Of a stretch of 64,000 nucleotides of DNA, positions 15,150-30,959 are shown piece after piece. Positions within the stretch are counted from its first letter, which is position 1. Each line of letters opens with the position of its first letter. The translations under genes were made by a program, and so were the position numbers. Source of the stretch: the human T2T-CHM13v2.0 reference genome, Homo sapiens; NCBI RefSeq assembly GCF_009914755.1, contig NC_060927.1. One strand, written 5' to 3'. Below the pieces are notes generated by a model. The model was not told the DNA's origin and made no database searches. It saw nothing but the letters and a program-made list of their open reading frames with translations.

Positions 15150-15920
15150 AAATGCTGAGACCTAATCCTGGAAGTCCAATATCTAACTGACAGGTGTTTC
15201 AGAAATAGCACAGAAAACTGAAGGGAAGAAATTATCAAAAAGTAGAATCTTAGTGCTCAAAAGATACAAATCTTACATGAATAGGGTTCATGTCCAGCAT
15301 AATGAATTAAAAAGTGAAATAGGCCAGCTGGGTACAGTGGCTCACACCTGTAATCCCAGTACTTTGGGAGGCCAAGTCCAGAGGATCGCTTGAAGCCAAG
15401 GGTTTAAGACCAACCTGGGCAACATAGCAAGACCCCTCCCCTACAAAAAACTTCTAAAAATTAGCTGGGTGTGGTGGCACATATATGTAGTCCTAGCTAC
15501 TTGGGAGGCTGAGGAAGGAAGATAACTTGAGTTCTTCCAGGAGTTCAAGGTTACAGTGAACTATGATCTTGCCACTACACTCCAGCCCGGGTGACAGAGT
15601 GAGATCCTGTCTCTAAAAATTTTCTTTTTAATTTGAAAAAGGAAAAACAAATATGTAGGCAACTTTTTGGTATTTTAGAATTTTGAAGACTAAAAGGACA
15701 TATATTTCAGAGAGGAGAAAAAAGTAACCTACAAGAAGTGCAAATTAACTGGTTCTCACTTCTCATCACCACCATATGATGCTAGAAGATACTGGGAAAT
15801 GCCTTCAAAGTTAGGGAACGTTTCCACCTAGAATTCTATACCCAGCCAAACTATAAATCAAGACTTAGAGCAGAATATAGACCTTTTCTGGTAGTAAAGA
15901 CCAAAATTTTAACTTCTGTG
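15150..15920 (+). mobile_element. Old L1M/HAL1 ORF1-like relic, split by an Alu
   Basis: agtccaatatctaactgacaggtgtttcagaa; gctagaagatactgggaaatgccttcaaagt; cctagaattctatacccagccaaactat resemble ORF1 motifs. Confidence 0.55.
15326..15640 (+). mobile_element. AluJ
   Basis: Dimeric Alu with aacatagcaagaccc and ggagttcaaggttacagtgaactatgatc. Confidence 0.88.
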
Positions 15921-16849
15921 CAAAATATTTTAAACAAGGATGAAATTCTACTTCACTTGATAAACTTTCAGCAGAATGCAAGATGATATGTAATCATTTT
16001 AATACTATAGATTTATTCTTATGAGTATTAAAAATATGTAGCATAGCAAGCTTCCATAGCTATGTATATTATTTAGAAGAAAAGTATTACATATATTTAG
16101 GTATTAAAAATACATAATAGAATAGAGAGTAGGTGACTATGGCAAAATTGTGAAGACAGCACAAGAATGACTGAAATTTGGGAAACACCTTGCTAAAGTA
16201 AATGCCTTAAGGTATTATTTATTCCAAATATATCTACATTGGTAAATATATTTATAAATATATTTACAAAAATATTTGTAAAAGAAGGGACTTTCATGTA
16301 AAAGAAGGGACTTTAAGGACACTACAGAGCCAAAAGCAGAAACTCATCAACTGCAGCAATACCAGGACAGAGGAGCCCAGAGACTGTGATTTGTTGGCTC
16401 ACCCATAAAGTTGGCCCAGCTTCCTTGACTTAGACTCATATTCATTGTTCTTCCCACCCCCAATCCCCAGTAGCCTCTGACTATGTTTCCCAGGAAGCCT
16501 CTCCCGCAGGGAAGGGAACATGAGGATACACTGAGCTGTGTGTTTGCCTACAAGTTCCACTTCTCATTATAAAGCAGTGTTTAGCAATCTGACTCATGCA
16601 TCAATACCTTTATTTTTACTTCCTCCCATTTTCTCTCTTATTCTTTTATCCTGTTGGGTTGTGTCTTTTTGTATAACTAATCTCAAATGTTATTTGGAGT
16701 GAGAAAGAGTTTAAACAAATATCACTAATGACCCTAACTTCACTTTCTTGTGAGGTGTGGCAGTCCCTGGACCCTGATTCCCTGTGGGCAACTGGATGCG
16801 CTGGAGCTTCTGGTCCTACAGAGCTGGGATTAACCCAGCTCTTTTGATA

Positions 16850-17300
16850 TGTTGCTCAGGGTTCTTGGTTCCACAATCAGACTAACTCAAGCTGTAAGCA
16901 GAAAACAAATTTATTGAAAGGAGGTCAAATAGTTTACAAGAGAGCTAAGAATGCTGGTGAATGAGGCCTGGTGTATGGGAAAAAACACAGGAAGCAAAAT
17001 AGACCCAAGATGGCATGTGAAGTCTGTTTAAGAGGCTACCATTGGCATTGTCACCATGACCACTAGCTATGATTTCACCAGCCACACCTGACTCTACCCT
17101 CCATCAGAGGCACCAACCTTAATCTCTAAAGGTTCACTGGAAATTTGCATTGCTCAGTGAAGAATCAAATCCTAGCCAGATGTTCCTAGTGGCCTGAGCT
17201 TCCGGGGAAGGAAATGTCTAACCCTTTGGGCTTGGGCTTTCTTTATTGGTATTTCCTGAAATAGGAGGGCAGGGCAGGCAAAATAGTCAAAAGTCCACTT
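16850..17300 (-). mobile_element. Old MaLR LTR (MLT1K-N-like) relic
   Basis: cagggttcttggtt...taagcagaaaacaaatttattgaaagga resembles the MLT1 terminus in reverse. Confidence 0.45.
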
Positions 17301-17318
17301 CACTTGGTGACCCTGTGA

Positions 17319-17690
<372 letters not shown>

Positions 17691-19439
17691 TAGCAGTTTG
17701 CAAGTCGGGATACTTATGCTACATTAGTTATATTTGTATAATATATATTTTTTACTTATTTCCAAGTCATACTCTAAACATGAGTTTCTCATTTACATTT
17801 TTAGAGTCTTTTTATGTGTACTTCTGAATAAACATGCATGAGGCTGAGAAGTCTTTCCTGTTAAATTCTACTGGGACATAAGTTTCACATTACCTATGAG
17901 CCTTTTTCATTGAAAAACAAAAATCCTTCCAGAACAAGAGAAGGCTAAAAAAAAAAAAATAAGAAGAATAAAAATAAAAAATAAAACAGAGAACCATTTT
18001 GAGGATAAGTTCAAAGAGACTGAATGTTCCAATGTAATTAACCACCAACAATGTAAGATGCTTATTTCATGAATTCTTGAAAGAGATCTTAAACTACGAT
18101 AGCACAGAAATCACTGAATTGCTTAACTCAAGAGTTAAATAGATGTCTCTGGTAAATTGGTACCAAAAAAAAAATCTGTGAGGAAACAAAGACATCCATT
18201 TTAGTGGCATGTGAAAGATGATGTAAGTATAAATAAAGAAATATCAACCGTTGGTTGATACTCTTTGCACTAAATTATATTCGTAAGCAAGATTTTTATG
18301 TTTTGTTGGATCTGACTTTTCACTACCCTGTTACAATAATATTTCTTTTGTTTGTTTTAGTCTCCTTTACATTTACAGTGTCCTGGAGGGTAGTGGTGTT
18401 AAATTTAATTTGTCAACCTACGTTTAATTTTACAAGAATCCAGATCAAACTGCTATATAAACAAGAATTGCCTTGCAGGAACTTCTTAGTGATTAGGCTG
18501 GAGAAGTCACAGCTGAACTAAAAAATATGCTGCCAGTAGTACTTTTTCATTTTCCCCCTTATAATTTTAATGGCCCAAATGAAAGAGCCTTTTTTCTTTA
18601 ACAATAGTATCCTTGTTGAAAGTCCTTTAAAGAACTGTTCTACGACACTGAAACAGTCTAATTAAACCATTAATATAACAATGATGTCAAGAGCTGCTAA
18701 ATTCAAAGAAGGCATTTCCATTTCATGGTAAATATTGAAGGTAATTTTTTTCTGGCATGTAGCATGAGTCCCAGTTTGGGAACTCTTGTCCATTACACGT
18801 TTCCTTGCAGAGAAATATCATTAATCTGTGATACTTACTACAATAGTGTATTATTTGCCTCAACAGAGGTAGTCATTGAAACTGCATATTATCAAGGCAG
18901 CTGGCCCATTAAGTTTTTACAAAGGATTAAGGGGTTATATGAGTACCCAACAGCTGCACCAGCTAAGATAAAACAAAGGTTCCCAAATCTTATGCCTATT
19001 AGTATATGGAATGAAATGATACATTCTTTATCCATGCAGTAGGATATTCATATTTAAAAAGAAAATTAAATTAGAAATAAAAGCTCATTCATTCAAATGC
19101 AAAGCATTGTGCGAACACAAATGAAGAAATGTAGAAAGAAATACAAAACATTTCCCCTTCTCTTGAGAAGCCTACAGAGTCTCAGTAGGCATGATTTAAA
19201 AGTTCAAAACATTAAATAAAATTAAAGATTTAAATAAAAGCCTGAGTCACCAAAGAAATTCTGCAAGTTAGTTCATGAATAACTGCTGAACAATACACAT
19301 GGCTGCAATGCAAGTTTCAGAAGTGAGAACATTTCAGGGCCAGAGGTTAAAGGAGAAAGTTGACGTAATCAGGACCTTAAAGATTGGTCTGAAGTGTGTG
19401 TACGAAAGTTGGAAGTAATCTGAGAGATCATCTTCTACC

Positions 19440-19932
19440 CCAGTGTTTCCTAAACTTACCTGTTAAAAAGACTCACATATGAGAAATCTAAAAATAAAAT
19501 TCCCCGGGGGCCGGATGCGATGGCTCACACCTGTAATCCCAGCCCTTTGGGAGGTCAAGGCGGGCAGATCTCTTGAGGCCAAGAGCTCAAGATCAGCCTG
19601 GGCAACATGGTGAAACCCCACCTCTACTAAAAATACAAAAATTAGCCGGGCATGGTGGTGCATGCCTATAATCCCAGCTACTCAGGAGGCTGAGGCATGA
19701 GAATCACTTGAACCTGTGAGGTGTAGGTTGCAGTGAGCCAATATCGCACCACTGCACTCCAGCCTGGGCGACAGAGTGTGAAACTCTGTCTCAAAAAAAA
19801 AAAAAAAAAATTCGCCAGTTCTTTTCTCTGCCCTATTGAACCATATATGCCAGAGAAAGAGCCCCCAAACTGTGTTTTTTAAATGCTGCAGGTAATCATT
19901 TTCATCTGGAAGTTCTGGGAAAATTGTTCTAA
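19440..19932. mobile_element. MER5-like hAT-Charlie relic interrupted by an Alu
   Basis: Termini cagtgtttcctaaactt ... ctgggaaaattg flank the Alu. Confidence 0.45.
19509..19810 (+). mobile_element. AluS
   Basis: Full dimeric Alu with poly-A tail. Confidence 0.93.
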
Positions 19933-20010
19933 GCCAACCTGTGATCTCAGCAAATAAAACACTAAACAAATACCAAATATAAAAAAGAAAAAAGCAGAAA
20001 GGAGACAATG

Positions 20011-20012
<2 letters not shown>

Positions 20013-20049
<37 letters not shown>
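20013..20049. repeat. (GT)n microsatellite
   Basis: Pure GT run. Confidence 0.95.
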
Positions 20050-20052
<3 letters not shown>

Positions 20053-20248
20053 ACAGATAGTAACCACCAGGGAGTCCAGCAGGGAGGAAGATTTGCGCAG
20101 GATCCAGGGCCAAAGGGCTATGGCCCAATGCCTTTCACATAATGAACACTCAAGAAATATCTTGCACTGACTCCATTAAAAATGAAGCAAAGAACAAAAC
20201 GAGCTATAACTTTCAAGCATTTGATGACCTATTTATTACTTATTACCA

Positions 20249-20528
20249 CCTATATTCTACTCATTTTATAAAACCTCTCCTTAGAAACACAGCCCGTGAA
20301 TCTTAAAGTCAATTGTGGATTGTGTAGCAAGACAGAGTCAAATCCCTCAGTGCCCAGGAAAAATTTAAATGCCAAGGAGGTAAAGAGACCTATGTTCTAC
20401 TCATTTTATAAAACCTCTCCTTGGAGACACAGCCCATGAATCTTAAAGTCAATTGTGGATTGCGTAACAAGACAGAGTCAAATCCCTCAGTGCCTAGGAA
20501 AAATTTAAATGCCAAGGAGGTAAAGAGA
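20249..20528. repeat. Head-to-tail tandem duplication, 2 x 140 bp
   Basis: Copies 20249-20388 and 20389-20528; 7 substitutions counted by eye, no indels. Confidence 0.93.
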
Positions 20529-20536
20529 TTTTGCTG

Positions 20537-20704
20537 GGGGGAGGGGGGAGGGATAGCATTAGGAGATATACCTAATGCTAAATGACGAGTTAATGGGTGC
20601 AGCACACCAACATGGCACATGTATACATATGTAACAAACCTGAACCTTGTGCACATGTACCCTAAAACTTAAAGTATAATAATAATAAAATTTTTTTAAA
20701 AAAG
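20537..20704 (+). mobile_element. Very short 5'-truncated L1PA 3' end
   Basis: G-rich tract and gatagcattaggagatatacctaatg...ccctaaaacttaaagtataat; TSD agagattttgctg at 20524-20536 and 20705-20717. Confidence 0.95.
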
Positions 20705-21059
20705 AGAGATTTTGCTGCAATGAGCTAGAAAGTTGAAATTCAAGAAAAGGAGACTCTGAGCTGCATCTCAGAGAATCTATTCAGATGCTTATTAGATTGT
20801 GGTAGATTTTGCTAAGGCATGTGATAGAATGAATAGTTCACAAAATGATTTTAAACTGGCTTAGAACACCCTGAAGAAAATTGTTCAAAACTAACTCAAG
20901 CCCTGAGCAAACCACAGAAACATAAACTACCATATGGGGGATAATCTCACTGTGGCAGGGTGGAGCAAATGACTTCATGCATTTTTTCACCATCCCCCAC
21001 CATCAGAGCTCTGGTTCTTAATGCTTCTCTCCGCATTTCTCTAGTCAGTGGAAGTTTCT

Positions 21060-21061
<2 letters not shown>

Positions 21062-21094
<33 letters not shown>

Positions 21095-21118
21095 TGTGTC
21101 TGTGTGTGTGTGTGTGTG
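21062..21118. repeat. (TG)n microsatellite with TC interruptions
   Basis: Seen directly. Confidence 0.93.
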
Positions 21119-21312
21119 CATTTTAAGACACAAATGCCTGTACTCATATCCTACTAAACTCTAAAATTCTATCATTCGCTTTTCTCATAGGCTCTCTACT
21201 TTTTTAATGGAATTTGTGAAGCCCCTTAATAACAAGTTGATTTATAAAGCTTAAATAGAAATAATGTTTTCACATTAATATTTTATTACTTGACATTTTA
21301 GTACATGTAGTT

Positions 21313-21479
21313 TAAATGTCAGAATCAGAGTTTACTAAAAACATCAAGTTTTCATTCGCTTATTTTCTAACAAAAATATTCCAAATGCATCTATTTTGCT
21401 GTTAGTATATAAATGTCAGAATCAGAGTTTACTAGAAACATCAAGTTTTCATTCGGTTATTTTCTAACAAAAAAATTTC
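21313..21479. repeat. 97-bp tandem duplication; copy 2 is split by the L1 and completed at 27615-27641
   Basis: Copy 1 21313-21409; copy 2 starts 21410 and its remainder aagtgcatctattttgctgttagtata follows the right L1 TSD. Confidence 0.9.
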
Positions 21480-21717
21480 TTTTTTATTATTATTTTATTT
21501 TATTTTATTATTATTATACTATAAGTTTTAGGGTACATGTGCACAATGTGCAGGTTAGTTACATATGTATACATGCGCCATGCTGGTGTGCTGCACCCAT
21601 TAACTCCTCATTTAGCATTAGGTATATCTCCTAATGCTATCCCTCCCCACTCCCCCCACCCCACAACAGTCCCCAGAGTGTGATGTTCCCCCTCCTGTGT
21701 CCATGTGTTCTCATTGT

Positions 21718-25537
<3,820 letters not shown>

Positions 25538-25600
25538 TATGATGTTAGCTGGTTATTTTGCTCGTTAGTGGATGCAGTTTCTTCCTAGCCTCGATGGTCT

Positions 25601-26541
25601 TTACAATTTGGCATGATTTTGCAGTGGCTGGTACCTGTTGTTCCTTTCCATGTTTAGTGCTTCCTTCAGGAGCTCTTTTAGGGCAGGCCTGGTGGTGACA
25701 AAATCTCTCAGCATTTGCTTGTCTGTAAAGTATTTTATTTCTCCTTCACTTATGAAGCTTAGTTTGGCTGGATATGAAATTCTGGGTTGAAAATTCTTTT
25801 CTTTAAGAATGTTGAATATTGGCCCCCACTCTCTTCTGGCTTGTAGAGTTTCTGGCTAGAGATCCACTGTTAGTCTGATGGGCTTCCCTTTGTGGGTAAC
25901 CTGACCTTTCTCTCTGGCTGCCCTTAACATTTTTTCCTTCATTTCAACTTTGGTGAATCTGACAATTAAGTGTCTTGGAGTTGCTCTTCTCGAGGAGTAT
26001 CTTTGTGGAGTTCTCTGTATTTCCTTAATCTGAATGTTGGCCTGCCTTGCTAGACTGGGGAAGTTCTCCTGTATAATATCCTGCAGAGTGTTTTCCAACT
26101 TGGTTCCATTCTCCCTGTCACTTTCAGGTACACCAATCAGATGTAGATTTGGTCTTTTCACATAGTCTCATATTTCTGGGAGGCTTTGTTCGTTTCTTTT
26201 TATTCTTTTTTCTCTAAACTTCCCTTCTCGCTTCATTTCATTCATTTCATGAATGGAGCTTTCAGCTCCATCAGCTCCTTTAAGCACTTCTCTGTATTGG
26301 TTATTCTAGTTACACATTTGTCTAAATTTTTTTCAAAGTTTTCAACTTCTTCGCCTTTGGTTTGAATTTCCTCCTGTAGCTCGGAGTAGTTTGATGGTCT
26401 GAAGCCTTCTTCTCTCAACTGGTCAAAGTCATTCTCCATCCAGCTTTGTTCCGTTGCTGGTGAGGAGCTGCGTTCCTCTGGAGGAGGAGAGGCACTCTGC
26501 TTTTTAGAGTTTCCAGTTTTTCTGCTCTGTTTTTTCCCCAT
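25601..26541 (-). pseudogene. L1 ORF1, disrupted
   Basis: MGKKQSRKTGNSK... N-terminus (26242-26541) and RRM segment (25856-26161); internal deletion at ~26250 and premature stops. Confidence 0.93.
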
Positions 26542-27152
26542 CTTTGTGGTTTTATCTACTTTTTGTCTTCGATGTTGGTGATGTACAGATGGGTTTTTGG
26601 TGTGGATGTCCTTTCTGTTTGTTAGTTTTCCTTCTAACAGACAGGTTAACAGCTGACAACAGGTCTAACAACAGACCTCAGCTGCAGGTCTGTTGGAGTT
26701 TGCTAGAAGTCCACTCCAGACACTGTTTGCCTCGGTATCTGCAGCGGTGGCTGCAGAAGAGTGAATTTTCGTGAACCGCGAATGCTGCTGTCTGATCGTT
26801 CCTCTGGAAGTTTTGTCTCAGAGGAGTACCCGGCCGTGTGAGGTGTCAGTCTGCCCCTACTGGGGGGTGCCTCCCAGTTAGGCTGCTCAGGGGTCAGGGG
26901 CCAGGGACCCACTTGAGGAGGCAGTCTGCCCGTTCTCAGATCTCCAGCTGCGTGCTGGGAGAACCACTGCTCTCTTCAAAGCTGTCAGACAGGGACATTT
27001 AAGTCTGCAGAGGTTACTGCTGTCTTTTTGTTTGTCTGTGCCCTGCCCCCAGAGGTGGAGCCTATAGAGGCAGGCAGGCCTCCTTGAGCTGTGGTGGGCT
27101 CCACCCAGTTCGAGCTTCCCACCTGCTTTGTTTACCTAAGCAACCCTGGGCA

Positions 27153-27461
27153 ATGGTGGGTGCCCCTCCCCCAGCCTCGCTGCCACCTTGCAGTTTGATC
27201 TCAGACTGCTGTGCTAGCAATCAGCAAGACTCTGTGGGCGTAGAACCCTCCGAGCCATGTGCGGGATATAATCTCCTGGTGCGCTGTTTTTTAAGCTCGT
27301 CGGAAAAGCGCAGTATTAGGGTGGGAGTGACCCGATTTTCCAGGTGCCGTCTGTCACCCCTTTCTTTGACTAGGAAAGGGAACTGCCTGGTCCCTTGCAC
27401 TTCCCGAGTGAGGCAATGCCTCGCCCTGCTTCAGCTGGTGCAGTGTGCGCGCACCCACTGA
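27153..27461 (+). CDS. L1 ORF0-like antisense ORF, open for 102 codons
   Basis: MVGAPPPASLPPCSLISDCCASNQQDSVGV... matches the primate L1 ORF0 N-terminus; ATG in gcaATGG context; expression not shown. Confidence 0.5.
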   Translation: MVGAPPPASLPPCSLISDCCASNQQDSVGVEPSEPCAGYNLLVRCFLSSSEKRSIRVGVTRFSRCRLSPLSLTRKGNCLVPCTSRVRQCLALLQLVQCARTH

Positions 27462-27988
27462 CCTGCGCCCACTGTCTGGCACTCCCTAGTGAGATGAACC
27501 CGGTACCTCAGATGGAAATGCAGAAATCACCCATCTTCTGTGTGGCTCACGCTGGGAGCTGCAGACTGGAGCTGTTCCTATTCGGCCATCTTGGCTCGAC
27601 CACAAAAAAATTTCAAGTGCATCTATTTTGCTGTTAGTATAGCTTGAAGAACCCATGGCTTGACATGTTTCATAGGATTGCAGCCATGGGAGGGGTGAGT
27701 CATCAACCACGATAAACTCATGAAGATGGTTTTATAATCTACTAGATGCGGCACAGACAGAGACAACAAGCTATATTTTGCTAATGGGTCCTATCAATAT
27801 GGGGCCCAGGCCATCTTTAGCCTATAAGCTTCATCCCAGAAACTAGGAGTCAGTCAGTAGAGTTTACTGTGATATTTTAAGGAAGAAAGGAGAAAAATGA
27901 CTGCTCTTCAGAGCTGATTAGAGTAAAAATGTAATTATATATGTGCATAAATATCCTAGTGATATATCTTTTTTTTTTTTTCAATGAT

Positions 27989-28338
27989 TGTCTTAGTCCA
28001 CTCAGGCTGTTGTAACAAAATACCATAAACTAGGTAGCTTATGAACAACAGAAACTTATTTCTCACCATTCTGGAGGCTGGAAAGGCCACAATTAAGACA
28101 CCAGCAGATTTGGTATCAAGTGGGGATCCACTTTCTGGTTCGTAGATGGTGCCTTCTCACTGTGTCCTCACATGGTGGAAGGACAAACTAGCTCTCTGGG
28201 GTTTCTTTTGTAAGGGTACCAATCCTATTCATGAGAGTTTCAGCCTTACCCAAAGGCTCCTTCTCCTAATGCTGTCACATTGGTGATTAGGTTTCAATTT
28301 ATGAATTTTGAGGAGACACCAACATTTAGACCACAACA
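27989..28338 (-). mobile_element. MaLR solo LTR (MLT1A0-like)
   Basis: tgtcttagtcc...aaaataccataaact...ttctggaggctgg...aacatttagaccacaaca, TG...CA termini. Confidence 0.85.
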
Positions 28339-29753
28339 CTGAGATTTTATATATATTTACATGTATATATACACACACACATATGTATGTATGTATATCC
28401 CGTGTGTGTGTATGCATGCACAGTGAGGAATATATGTTTAGCATGTAAAGTTACTCTTTGCACCAAATGGTTTCAAGACAGCAAAATAATATAACACCTA
28501 CTAAAGGCCAGGTAATTGGACATTATCCAAATCAGTCATCATGCAACCCTATAAGGTGGAAATTTTTATCCCCAATTTATAAGTGAGCAAACAAATCTCA
28601 GATTAAGTAATTTGTCTAAGGGCACACAGCTTACAAGAGATGACGTCAGATTTTGGATTTGAGTTTCTCTCTTTCCAAATTTTTTATTCTTAATCAATAG
28701 GCTATAATTGGGTGACAATCAAGAGTTCGTTGGGAATATTGTTGGTTCATAATAGCAACAATATGCAGTTTGTAGGACAAGAGGCTTTAAGGGCAGAGAT
28801 CTAAATGTATCTGTCAAACAGAGAAAGCCGTGTGAAGTTTCTGTGTCTTCATGCCTCTGTATTGGATTCAGGCTGTAGCCACAATACTTATGCAAAAGCA
28901 TTTCAGGGGAGACATTGCTAGGCAATCTTCACTTCCACTAGGTCAGAGTTTAATGCACATAATACTTCTTGCCTTCATGTGCATGTTGCTAACCCATATT
29001 CCTGACTGATATTCTTTCAGTATGTCCACAATGAATTAAAGTTAAGACCAGAGAGCAATATAAAGTGCTGAGCAAAACTCTTTTGAAATTCACAAACATT
29101 GTCCATCAGCAGAAACCATGTTTACATTTTTAAAATTCCTATTTTACCTTACGTGGACTGTAAGATGGAATCCAAAGATCCCTCAAACCAAAACTTAGTT
29201 TCAATGCATCTTTGTTGAGATAAAAAAAATTGTCCTACTCCAAAGATACTAAATACAGGTCTCATCAATAACCATAGCTTCCATTTTCTGTCAAAGTCAA
29301 ATAAAATTTTCTACTATTTTTCAATTAGGAAAAGCAGCATTTCAGATAAAAAACTAGGCTTTTGTAACAAACTAGCAAAGTTGGAGTTCTTTTTATTGAA
29401 ATTTATGTTTACATGGTTATTAAAAGGTTTGTGTTGGACTGCGGGACTCATCTTACTCTGGCTTCTGGGGAGTGAACTAGAAGGCAGAAAACGTGTTCTG
29501 TTTTCTTGCTTCTGCGATGTGTATACAGTTTTTTGTTTGTTTTTTTTTTCCTGAGAGCCACGTGGGACTGGTGAGGCTGAGAAGCAAAATTTGAATCAGA
29601 GCTTAGATTAAAAAACTGAAGCAATAATTTTCTCCATTTTCAGTTTTAGTTGTTTTATCTTTTGTGATAAATTGTAGGTGAGAAGTTTGGGAGAGGGGCC
29701 AGGATGCTACTTAGTTCATTCATAGCACTGCTTGGAACCTTTAGAACTAAGTC

Positions 29754-30056
<303 letters not shown>

Positions 30057-30452
30057 CTAAACACATTTGAATACTAATCCCAGCTTTGTGATTCTCCTAT
30101 TCCACCTAGAACTACAGTGTTATTCAATTTTTTTGCTTCTGTCATGAAGATAATTTGAAGCTAATCATCCACAATGGGAAATGAGCAAGTGGTTCCAAAA
30201 GCAGAAGTGGGTATGGGTACACATGGGAGTGTATAAAGCTCAAAGTCTCCTTATACACGGCATTGATTCAGAAAGGAACTGACACTGTTGATGAAATTTA
30301 TCACACAAGATGGGACGTGAACAAATCCTTCATCCTAAAAAGGCAGAAACTCAGAAGAGAATGACTAGGGAGAATGAGTCACTAGCAGCTGTTAAGAATC
30401 ATAGTTAGATCTCTATTCCTGATTTAACTCTCTGCTTTATCTACCCCAGAGG

Positions 30453-30632
30453 CCAGTCGTTCTCAAACTTCAGCTGCATTCAGATCACTTCAAGGGCTTG
30501 TTAAAACAGGATTGCTGATCTACACACCCAGAATTTCTGATTCAGTACATGTGGGTGGGGCAAGAGAATTTTTAGCTCTAACAAGTTCCCAGGTGATGCT
30601 GGTCGGGGATACCACACCATAAGACCCACTGC
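30453..30632. mobile_element. MER5A (hAT-Charlie MITE)
   Basis: cagtcgttctcaaactt...tttctgattcagta...taacaagttcccaggtgatgct...ccactg. Confidence 0.8.
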
Positions 30633-30710
30633 TTTAGGCAATACCGGTTTCAGAATTGAGCCACAGAGGCCATGACCGGTTTATTTACCTGGAAAACCAG
30701 CCCAACATTT

Positions 30711-30783
30711 TTTTTTAATAGCAGAAAAAGCATACAGATTTATTTAATGTGTATACATAAGAAGAATTACAGAGTAATTACCC
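30711..30783 (-). mobile_element. Short polyadenylated retrocopy resembling an ERV1-type LTR poly(A)-signal region
   Basis: Minus strand reads ...attaaataaatctgtatgctttttctgctatt-A(n); flanked by ccagcccaacattt (30697-30710) and ccagcctgacattt (30784-30797). Confidence 0.6.
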
Positions 30784-30959
30784 CCAGCCTGACATTTCCT
30801 TAAAATAGGTGCTTGTATGTTCACCTAAAAGGGGCACTGCTAAAAGAGAGGATGAGGGGTCAGAGGAACACATTTTATCCAAAAAGGGATGCCCCCCCAA
30901 TCCCATCCGCCACATTCAGCTGAGAACCAGACCAGCGTCTTAGCTATTAGTTCATTGCA

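Noticed and set aside
20249-21479. CRISPR-like or satellite array
   Set aside because: Only two-copy duplications without spacers, in primate DNA.
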